Assembly: GCA_000008085.1 (NCBI GenBank)
Contig: AE017199.1
Coordinates: 360,001-392,000 of the forward strand
Direction: 5' to 3'
Length of the DNA stretch: 32,000 nt
Source: Nanoarchaeum equitans Kin4-M
Lineage (GTDB): Archaea; Nanobdellota; Nanobdellia; Nanobdellales; Nanoarchaeaceae
The translations under genes and the position numbers were made by a program. The notes under the pieces are model-generated. The model worked only from the letters and a program-made list of their open reading frames with translations, was not told where the DNA came from and ran no database searches. Of the stretch, positions 18,494 to 24,997 are shown piece after piece. How positions within the stretch are numbered: position 1 is the stretch's first letter; each line of letters begins with the position of its first letter.

Positions 18494-19786
18494 ATGCCAT
18501 CTCTGTGGGATTACCTAAATAAAGATAAAAAACCTGTTATAAAAAAGGTTGAACCTCCAAAAAAGAAAGAAATAAAAAGAGACATTCCATTGTTCATAAA
18601 ATATAGGCCAAAAACTTTAGATGAAGTGGAGAACCAAGAGCAAGCGAAACAAATTTTAAGAGATTATGTAATAAACTATAAGAAAAAATACAAAGGAAAA
18701 GCTTTATTATTGTATGGCCCACCAGGGACAGGCAAAACTTCCTCTGTATACGCTTTAGCCAATGAATTAGGCTATGAAGTATTGGAAGTTAATGCCAGCG
18801 ATGAAAGAGATGCTATACATATTCATCATATAGTAGGGGAAGCATCAAAAGGGAAACCTTTGTTTCATAAAGGTAGAATAATTTTGGTTGATGAAGTAGA
18901 CGGGTTAAGTGGTAAAGAAGACAGAGGGGGAGTAGGTGCATTAGTTAATATAATAAAACAATCATCATGGCCAATAATTTGTACTGCCAATGATCCGTGG
19001 GATCAGAAATTGAAAAAACTAAGGGAAATCTCTATAATGGTTGAATTCAAAAGGCTATCACCAAAACATGTATATAATGTGCTAAAAAAGATAGTAACTA
19101 ATGAGAAAATAAAAATTAGTGACAAAATTCTATGGGATATAGCCTATAAAAGCGGGGGCGATTTAAGAGCAGCAATAAATGATTTGGAAACAATAATAAA
19201 ATCTGGAATAATTGATGAAAACTTTGTAAAAGCTTTAGGAAATAGAGAACAAGAAATAGATATTTTCAAAGCATTAGGTATAATGTTCAAAACCGAAAAC
19301 CTCGCCACAGCAGTTTCAGCTTTTAACAATGTTGATTTGGAATTTGACGAAATATTCCCTTGGTTAGAGGAAAATATACCTGTGGAATATAAAAGGTTAG
19401 ACGATATTTATAGGGCATATTATTGGTTAGGAAAAGCAGACATATTTAGAAAAAGAATAATAAAAACACAACATTGGAGATTGTTGGTTTATGCCCAAAT
19501 CGATGCTTATGGGGGGATAGCTTTGGCTAAAAACAAAAAATATCCTGGTTTTACTAGATACCAACCGCCGAAAAGGTTAAAACTTCTAGCTCAAATGAAA
19601 GAAAAGCTAGAAAAACTTAGAGAGCATGTATCTAAATTGAGGGAAAAACTACATATGAGCAAAAGAGATATAATAAAATACTATGTTAGTTTTGCGTTAA
19701 AACTAAAAAACCTAAACAAAACAGTAGCAGACAAGTTCTTAAAAGCGATTGGGTTATCATTAAAAGAAATTGAAGAAATTCGCTAG
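18494..19786 (+). CDS. rfcL: Replication factor C large subunit
   Basis: PLFIKYRPKTLDEVENQEQAK, Walker A LLLYGPPGTGKTSSVYALA, ASDERD, IILVDEVDGLSGKEDRGG. Confidence 0.95.
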   Translation: MPSLWDYLNKDKKPVIKKVEPPKKKEIKRDIPLFIKYRPKTLDEVENQEQAKQILRDYVINYKKKYKGKALLLYGPPGTGKTSSVYALANELGYEVLEVNASDERDAIHIHHIVGEASKGKPLFHKGRIILVDEVDGLSGKEDRGGVGALVNIIKQSSWPIICTANDPWDQKLKKLREISIMVEFKRLSPKHVYNVLKKIVTNEKIKISDKILWDIAYKSGGDLRAAINDLETIIKSGIIDENFVKALGNREQEIDIFKALGIMFKTENLATAVSAFNNVDLEFDEIFPWLEENIPVEYKRLDDIYRAYYWLGKADIFRKRIIKTQHWRLLVYAQIDAYGGIALAKNKKYPGFTRYQPPKRLKLLAQMKEKLEKLREHVSKLREKLHMSKRDIIKYYVSFALKLKNLNKTVADKFLKAIGLSLKEIEEIR

Positions 19787-20366
19787 ATTTATAGGAATAG
19801 ACGATGGTTATTTCGTTAGAAATGTACATAAAAAAACAAAACTAATAGGAGCAATCACAAAGCATACGATATTGGATGGAGTATTGTCTAGAGAAATAAC
19901 AATAGATGGTGACGATGTTAGCGAAAAAATAATTGATATGATAAAAAATAGTAATCATTATTACCAAATTAGGGGGATAATTTTGTATGGCATAACCTTT
20001 GCCGGATTTAATATAGCGGACGTGGAATTAATATACAAAAATTTGGGTTTACCTATAATAATAGTAATGGAGCGCCCTCCGAAAGATATATTCTATAAAG
20101 CTATAGAAAAATACAAACCTAATGGGATAGAATTAATAAAAAAGGCTGGCCCCATATATAAAACAAAAACTCCTTTCGGTTATACATATTACCAAGTTTA
20201 TGGTATCGACAAAGACACTGCTTCTAATATAATAAATAATTTAGCAATAGTATCAAAAATACCAGAGCCTGCTAGGGTTGCTCATATGATTGCTAGAGGT
20301 GTAACTAAAGGGGATTCATCAAAACCACGGGCCGGCGGGGATTCGAACCCCGGACCTGCGGGTTAA
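19770..20366 (+). CDS. DUF99 family protein
   Basis: FARFIGIDDGYF...TKLIGAITKHTILDGVLSREITIDGDDVSEKI...RGIILYGITFAGFNIADVELIYKNLGLPIIIVMERPP. The C-terminus reads antisense through a tRNA 3' half. Confidence 0.82.
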   Translation: MKKFARFIGIDDGYFVRNVHKKTKLIGAITKHTILDGVLSREITIDGDDVSEKIIDMIKNSNHYYQIRGIILYGITFAGFNIADVELIYKNLGLPIIIVMERPPKDIFYKAIEKYKPNGIELIKKAGPIYKTKTPFGYTYYQVYGIDKDTASNIINNLAIVSKIPEPARVAHMIARGVTKGDSSKPRAGGDSNPGPAG

Positions 20367-20390
20367 GAGCCTCGGCGGCCATCCCCCTGG
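20328..20390 (-). tRNA. Split tRNA-Lys(CUU), 3' half with about 20-nt GC-rich leader
   Basis: Minus strand: CCAGGGGGATGGCCGCCGAG (leader, 20390-20371) then G-CTCTTAA-CCCGC-AGGTC-CGGGG-TTCGAAT-CCCCG-CCGGCCC-G. Anticodon loop CTCTTAA, anticodon-stem 3' strand CCCGC, perfect T-arm and acceptor 3' strand are present. The matching GCGGG 5' strand, D-arm and acceptor 5' strand are missing. CCA is not encoded. TATA-like ATTTTTAAAT lies about 20-26 nt upstream (20407-20416). Confidence 0.88.
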
Positions 20391-20404
20391 TTTGTATTTG
20401 TTAG

Positions 20405-20416
20405 CCATTTAAAAAT
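20405..20416 (-). promoter_or_regulatory. TATA-like promoter of the tRNA-Lys 3' half
   Basis: Minus strand ATTTTTAAATGG, centred about 21 nt from the first GC-rich leader base at 20390. Confidence 0.6.
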
Positions 20417-20476
20417 GTTTGTATTTAATTTTTGGTATTGATAGCCTTTTATTAAAGAGTTTTTCTACCAAATAAT

Positions 20477-20731
20477 ATGTATGTATTATATTTTGCGTTA
20501 GGTATAATAATAAGTGCTTTAACCATAATAGACCCTTTTGGGGGTTTAATAATTGGTATAGCATTATTAGCCTCCATTTATGTTAAAAGTTTTATAGAAA
20601 ATAGAATCGAGCATTTCCTTACAATGCTTCTAGGTTTTATCATAGGAATACTATCGCAAAGCTTTGGGCCTATAGCCTATGGAATTGCCATGTTAATAAC
20701 AATTTTGTTAGCGATACTCGATAGTTTATAA
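20477..20731 (+). CDS. Small integral membrane protein, unknown function
   Basis: 84-aa hydrophobic ORF with two or three TM segments, directly upstream of rpl3. Confidence 0.55.
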   Translation: MYVLYFALGIIISALTIIDPFGGLIIGIALLASIYVKSFIENRIEHFLTMLLGFIIGILSQSFGPIAYGIAMLITILLAILDSL

Positions 20732-20752
20732 AAAGAAATTTTCTAACCACAA

Positions 20753-21718
20753 ATGCCACAACATGGTAGGCATGCCCCTAGAAGGGGTTCTATGGGATTT
20801 TGGCCTAGAAAAAGGGCTTCTCGTATTTATCCTAGAATAAAAACTTGGCCTAAAATAGAGGAAATAAAACCATTAGCTTTTGCAGCTTATAAAGTAGGGA
20901 TGACTCATACAATATTAAACATAAATGGGGAAAGAGTTTTTACTCCAGTTACCGTTTTAGAAGCTCCTGAATTATTAGTTATTGGAGCAAAAGCATATAA
21001 AAAGGAGAACGGTGCATTAAAAGAAATAAGCTCTTTATATTTTAATGACTTACCCCAATATGTCTTTAGAAAAATCCCAAAACTAAAGAATTATAATTTT
21101 GAAGAAAAGAAAGAACAATTCCTATCTAAAGCAGACAATGCTGATGAAGTAAAAATAATAGTTTCTACTCAACCATGGAAAATAAAGCTAAAGAAAACCC
21201 CAGAGATATTTGACATACCAATTGGAGGAAGCGATGTAAATAAAAAATTAGAATATGCTTTATCTTTATTAGGAAAAGAGTTATCTATTAATGATGTGTT
21301 TAAAGAGGGGCAATATGTAGATGTTATTGCAGTTACAAAGGGCAAGGGCTTCCAAGGTGTAATAAAAAGATTCCATGTGCATAGAAGGCAACACAAATCT
21401 GAAAAAGGTGTTAGAAAAGTTGGAGCTATTGGTTCTAGAGGACCCGGTAGAATATTTCCAACAGTTCCAATGCCCGGCCAAATGGGATACCATAGAAGAA
21501 CAGAGTATAATAAACTAATCATAAAAATAGGAGAACCACTAAATGTTGAAGGCGGTTGGGTGAGGTATGGCCAAGTAATTGGGCCTACAATATTATTAAA
21601 AGGCTCTGTTCCAGGGCCAAGAAAAAGACTAATAATCCTTAGAGAAGCTATAAGACCTCCAAGAAAACAAGAGAAAGTTGAAGGGATAGAATATATAAGT
21701 TTGTCTCCCAAAAACTAA
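20753..21718 (+). CDS. rpl3: Ribosomal protein L3 (uL3)
   Basis: 321 aa; RGSMGFWPRKRASR, YKVGMTHT, DVIAVTKGKGFQGVIKRFHV, PGQMGYHRRTEYNK, GSVPGPRKRLIILREA. Confidence 0.97.
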   Translation: MPQHGRHAPRRGSMGFWPRKRASRIYPRIKTWPKIEEIKPLAFAAYKVGMTHTILNINGERVFTPVTVLEAPELLVIGAKAYKKENGALKEISSLYFNDLPQYVFRKIPKLKNYNFEEKKEQFLSKADNADEVKIIVSTQPWKIKLKKTPEIFDIPIGGSDVNKKLEYALSLLGKELSINDVFKEGQYVDVIAVTKGKGFQGVIKRFHVHRRQHKSEKGVRKVGAIGSRGPGRIFPTVPMPGQMGYHRRTEYNKLIIKIGEPLNVEGGWVRYGQVIGPTILLKGSVPGPRKRLIILREAIRPPRKQEKVEGIEYISLSPKN

Positions 21719-22305
21719 ATTCTTAATATTTTATACAAAATAACTCTGGGTATTCCCAAATAAGGAATAACGAAGCTAACTTTCCCTTCCACTTCTTTGT
21801 ACGTTATTACAAAAGGATCTATAGTGGGATTATTATCGCCCTTAGTGATTAAAGTGCAATTTTTATAATCTTTGATATAAACAAAATCTTTTATTGTTTT
21901 GTTCCCACATCGTAAGCCTATAACCCTATGTACTAATGGGTATTTCAAATTTGCTTTCATTACTAATACATCGCCAACTTTAGCATCTTCTTTAGAAGTG
22001 GAAATAACAATGTCACCAACATTTATACCTTGGCTAAATGGTAATTGTTTAAACTTTTTTTCACATTCGATTAAGGATAAATTCCAATATTTGCAATACC
22101 ATAATAAGTTAAAATTGTTATGCTGCATAGATGGAGTTAATATAACCAATATAGGGTTTTCAGATTTGGTTATAAATTTTAGTATAGGAGTAAAAATAAA
22201 ATTATAAAATACAAAAACGAATACAATAAAAGCTAAATAACTTTTGGGATCATTACTAAATAAAAGCCAATTGAAGAATTTTTTAAGCTTTTCTAATTCT
22301 TTCAT
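21715..22305 (-). CDS. Signal peptidase I, archaeal/ER (Ser-His) type
   Basis: VILTPSMQHN (catalytic Ser), NVGDIVISTS, VGDVLVMKANLKYPLVHRVIGLRC (catalytic His), LITKGDNNPTIDPF; TM at both ends. Confidence 0.88.
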   Translation of the reverse strand: MKELEKLKKFFNWLLFSNDPKSYLAFIVFVFVFYNFIFTPILKFITKSENPILVILTPSMQHNNFNLLWYCKYWNLSLIECEKKFKQLPFSQGINVGDIVISTSKEDAKVGDVLVMKANLKYPLVHRVIGLRCGNKTIKDFVYIKDYKNCTLITKGDNNPTIDPFVITYKEVEGKVSFVIPYLGIPRVILYKILRI

Positions 22306-22423
22306 TGTGAGATTTTAATAAATGCCTTAAAAATTGCTTTTGGTTAGCAAATACATGCCCACAATATGGGCATCTTAATAGTTTTATGCCTGCTCTTCCC
22401 TCTATTTTAATGGCTTTTGCCAT
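22283..22423 (-). CDS. C2H2 zinc-finger microprotein
   Basis: Own translation, not in the ORF track: MAKAIKIEGRAGIKLLRCPYCGHVFANQKQFLRHLLKSHNERIRKA (46 aa). Pattern C-x2-C-x12-H-x4-H with hydrophobic F and L at classical positions. Minus-strand TATA-like TTTTTTAAAAC lies about 24 nt upstream of the ATG. The 3' end overlaps the signal peptidase start. Confidence 0.75.
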   Translation of the reverse strand: MAKAIKIEGRAGIKLLRCPYCGHVFANQKQFLRHLLKSHNERIRKA

Positions 22424-22428
22424 TCACT

Positions 22429-22436
22429 TTTATAAA
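22429..22436 (+). promoter_or_regulatory. TATA-like box for sRNA-2
   Basis: TTTATAAA, within palindromic ACTTTTATAAAAGT, centred about 26 nt upstream of the C box at 22458. Confidence 0.55.
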
Positions 22437-22457
22437 AGTTTGTTTTAAAAAATAGCT

Positions 22458-22506
22458 ATGAAGAAAGCCGCTACTCTGAATTTATGATGAAGAGCCTGGA
22501 TGCAGA
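22458..22506 (+). ncRNA. C/D-box guide sRNA (sRNA-2) with non-canonical C and D boxes
   Basis: C ATGAAGA (22458-22464), 11-nt guide AAGCCGCTACT, D' CTGA (22476-22479), spacer ATTTA, C' TGATGA (22485-22490), 12-nt guide AGAGCCTGGATG, degenerate D CAGA (22503-22506). The D' guide pairs with conserved 23S AGUAGCGGC. Confidence 0.68.
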
Positions 22507-24209
22507 TCTATTCCTAATAGTTTAAGCTTAAACTCTAATGCTCTCAATAGTTTTTCATTATCGCTTAGAATTATAGATAAACCTTTAGTAATCCCTCCCG
22601 GATACATACGAGATGTTCTACCAGAGGCTTGTATGTAGGTTTTAACATCTGGTATTAGAATGTTAATACCATCTCCTCTCTCTAAAGCAATAAAGGGATT
22701 TTCTTCCAATTTTTTAATTATGTCTTCCCTATTAATTAATTCGAAAGATTTGTCCCTTAGATAAATAATATTTTTCCTTAACTCTTCTAAAAAGCCATCC
22801 AACTCTTTGTTTTGTTCTATAGCTTCTTCAACCATCTTTAGTGCACCAGTAGAAACCCTTTTTATCATATTATAGGTAGTATTTAATTTTTTCTTAAACT
22901 CTTCATCAGCGTAGTCAGATAATGTTGATGCTAATAACAATATTCTTCCTATTTTTGTTTCTTTCTCTTTTGCGCTAAACCTAAACCTTGGGATGCCAAC
23001 AAATATGGCATATTTAACTACATGGGGCAAATCTATACCTCTAACGATTAACCCATAATAATGAGCTACCCCTACTAATACATCTAATTCTTTGTTGGCA
23101 TATTTGTCTAATAATTCTATAGATTTACCTGAGTAAAATGCTTCTGCTTTTATGTTGTTTTCTTTTAAATATTGGGCTATTTCTTCTGCTTTTTCAATAC
23201 CATAATCTGTTGGTACAAAAACCAAACCACCGTTTCCCAATTTTTTAATTAATTCTAAAGTTTGTTTTTTATAGTCTCTCATCTCTGTATAAACATCAAT
23301 TATGTTTCTTATTGTTGTTTTAGCAGCTCCAACTTCGAAACCTAATAGTTCTCTAAATAGTTTTACCCTTAGCCCTCTCATAGAACCAGTTGCAGATGCC
23401 GCTATTAATATACCTCTTTGTTCTTTTCTAACTAATTCCTTTAATTGTTCTTCCATTTTTCTTATTTTTTCTAAGTCTTTTCCTGAAATTTTTAGCTTTA
23501 TTAATTGCATCGCTTTTTCTATTGTAGTTTCACTAAATCCTAATAGATATAAAATGCGATCGATATTTTTACTGCTTTTCATTATAGAATCTACATCATC
23601 GGCAAAAATTATATCGAAATAATTGTTTTTTAGCAAATCAAAATTCCTGCTTAAGAATTGGTTCGATGTTATTAGTATAGAAAATGCCCCATCTTTGATT
23701 AGCTCTTTTGCTTCTTTCTTTTGCTTGTTATTTCCATAGTATGCCACAATAATATTATCAAACCCAACCCTCTCGGCAAAAACATTTATCTTTTCATATA
23801 ATTGTTTAACCAAAGTTCTAGTTGGCACTATAATATATACCTTTTTACCTTTTTTACCCCAATATAGGGCATTTACTAAAGCGAAAGTGGTTTTTCCCAT
23901 TCCAGTAGGGGCTATTATAGAAAAAGAATATCCCTTATAAGCTCTAATGAACCATGCTCTTTGTGCAGACCAAGGTTTATTGTTTACAGCTTTGTAAAAG
24001 AATTCTTCAAATTCTTTTTTGGCTTTTTCTATGTTATAAATATTGGCCCAATCTTTTAGTTTATTGTTTTCCTTTAGATATTCGTAAACTTGTTCAATTG
24101 TGCCTTCCTCATAAGGGTAATCGTTTTCACATGGCAAACCCTTAATTAATCTTTCATTAGATATTCTCCCAGAACAATTGGGGCAAACATTATTATAATA
24201 GATTTTCAT
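22482..24209 (-). CDS. Split reverse gyrase, N-terminal zinc-finger plus helicase-like polypeptide
   Basis: 575 aa; N-terminal NVCPNCSGRISNERLIKGLPCE, YSFSIIAPTGMGKTTFALVNALYWGKKGKKVYIIVPTRTLVKQ, DIIFADDVDSIMKSSKNIDRILYLLGF, YYGLIVRGIDLPHVVKYAIFVGIPRFRF, YIQASGRTSRMYPGGITKGLSIIL. The ORF stops directly after the helicase domain, with no Toprim/topoisomerase IA part. Confidence 0.92.
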   Translation of the reverse strand: MKIYYNNVCPNCSGRISNERLIKGLPCENDYPYEEGTIEQVYEYLKENNKLKDWANIYNIEKAKKEFEEFFYKAVNNKPWSAQRAWFIRAYKGYSFSIIAPTGMGKTTFALVNALYWGKKGKKVYIIVPTRTLVKQLYEKINVFAERVGFDNIIVAYYGNNKQKKEAKELIKDGAFSILITSNQFLSRNFDLLKNNYFDIIFADDVDSIMKSSKNIDRILYLLGFSETTIEKAMQLIKLKISGKDLEKIRKMEEQLKELVRKEQRGILIAASATGSMRGLRVKLFRELLGFEVGAAKTTIRNIIDVYTEMRDYKKQTLELIKKLGNGGLVFVPTDYGIEKAEEIAQYLKENNIKAEAFYSGKSIELLDKYANKELDVLVGVAHYYGLIVRGIDLPHVVKYAIFVGIPRFRFSAKEKETKIGRILLLASTLSDYADEEFKKKLNTTYNMIKRVSTGALKMVEEAIEQNKELDGFLEELRKNIIYLRDKSFELINREDIIKKLEENPFIALERGDGINILIPDVKTYIQASGRTSRMYPGGITKGLSIILSDNEKLLRALEFKLKLLGIDLHPGSSS

Positions 24210-24237
24210 TTAACAATAACTGAGAGCAATATTAAAA

Positions 24238-24282
24238 ATGCTGAACATCGGGTATACTGAATAGTGATGATTAGCTGTAAAG
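24238..24282 (+). ncRNA. Possible C/D-box guide sRNA (sRNA-3), incomplete match
   Basis: C-like ATGCTGA (24238-24244), 12-nt guide ACATCGGGTATA, D' CTGA (24257-24260), spacer ATAG, C' TGATGA (24265-24270), then TTAGCTGTAAAG. No recognisable D box at the expected position. Confidence 0.35.
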
Positions 24283-24993
24283 TTCTTTTATCCTTTTTTC
24301 TCTATATTGCTCTAGGATTTTCTTAATATCTATTTCTTCTTTTTCTTCTTTTCTCTCAGTTTCTATTTTAATTGTTATGGTAAGCTTTTGCATTTCTAAT
24401 AGCTGGGAAATCTTTTTTCTTAATGCCATGTTTTCCTCTATTAGAAAATCGATTTTTTGCTTATACTCCTCAATTATTGAAGAGCAATTCGGGGTAGGAA
24501 GCGATTTCTTTTTAATTTCTTTTTTCTCTTCTATTTTAAATTCGCTATCCAGAACATCGGTAATGGAAATGCCATTTTTTATTATTTTTTCAAATATACT
24601 ATCTACAGTTAGCTCTTCCAGTTTTTTCTCTATCTTTTTGATTAATGGGCTATAATAGTTCAAAGCGAATACTGCTGAGGCAATTGCATCTCTTTCGTGG
24701 TTGTCATTAGGGCTATAATCTTTTGCTAATTCTTTTTTTAATGATACTGGTAAATCGTCCTTTGGAGAGAATATTTTGCTTTTTAATTTCATGGCTAACC
24801 TTTCTACAGCTTTAGGGATAATTTTTTTGTCTGTAGCAATAACTAAAGGTTTCCCATACCTATGGATTACTGAAATTATTTCTTCCTCTCTGAAATCCTT
24901 TTTAGATATCTTATATAATAGGTTTCCTTTTAAGTCAAATATCGCTATAGCGCTGTATTCCCCAGGGTCGTACCCTATAATTAGACCTCTCAC
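24271..24993 (-). CDS. Short DUF460-like protein (RNase H-like N-terminal domain plus coiled coil)
   Basis: 240 aa; GLIIGYDPGEYSAIAIFDLKGNLL, VIATDKKIIPKAVERLAMKLKSKIFSPKDDLPVSLKKEL...NDHERDAIASAVFAL. Family assignment from motif recognition. Confidence 0.72.
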   Translation of the reverse strand: MRGLIIGYDPGEYSAIAIFDLKGNLLYKISKKDFREEEIISVIHRYGKPLVIATDKKIIPKAVERLAMKLKSKIFSPKDDLPVSLKKELAKDYSPNDNHERDAIASAVFALNYYSPLIKKIEKKLEELTVDSIFEKIIKNGISITDVLDSEFKIEEKKEIKKKSLPTPNCSSIIEEYKQKIDFLIEENMALRKKISQLLEMQKLTITIKIETERKEEKEEIDIKKILEQYREKRIKELYS

Positions 24994-24997
24994 TTAG

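Noticed and set aside
20321-20366. C-terminal SSKPRAGGDSNPGPAG of the DUF99 ORF as a functional peptide motif
   Set aside because: GGDSNPGP is the typical antisense translation of a tRNA T-arm; it is explained by the overlapping tRNA half.
20300-20440. A complete tRNA-Lys with an intron, or a permuted tRNA, at the tRNA-half locus
   Set aside because: No D-arm or GGGCCGG acceptor 5' strand is visible on the minus strand either upstream (20391-20476, AT-rich and promoter-like) or just downstream, so a trans-split half is the better reading.
21169-21711. 180-aa minus-strand ORF antisense to rpl3
   Set aside because: rpl3 is unequivocal on the plus strand; the antisense ORF has no motifs and lacks a plausible promoter.
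22409-22424. AATGGC-TTTT-GCCATT hairpin as a terminator or regulatory stem
   Set aside because: It spans the start codon of the zinc-finger microprotein (ATGGCAAAAGCCATT); probably a coding coincidence, and there is no T-tract in the right place.
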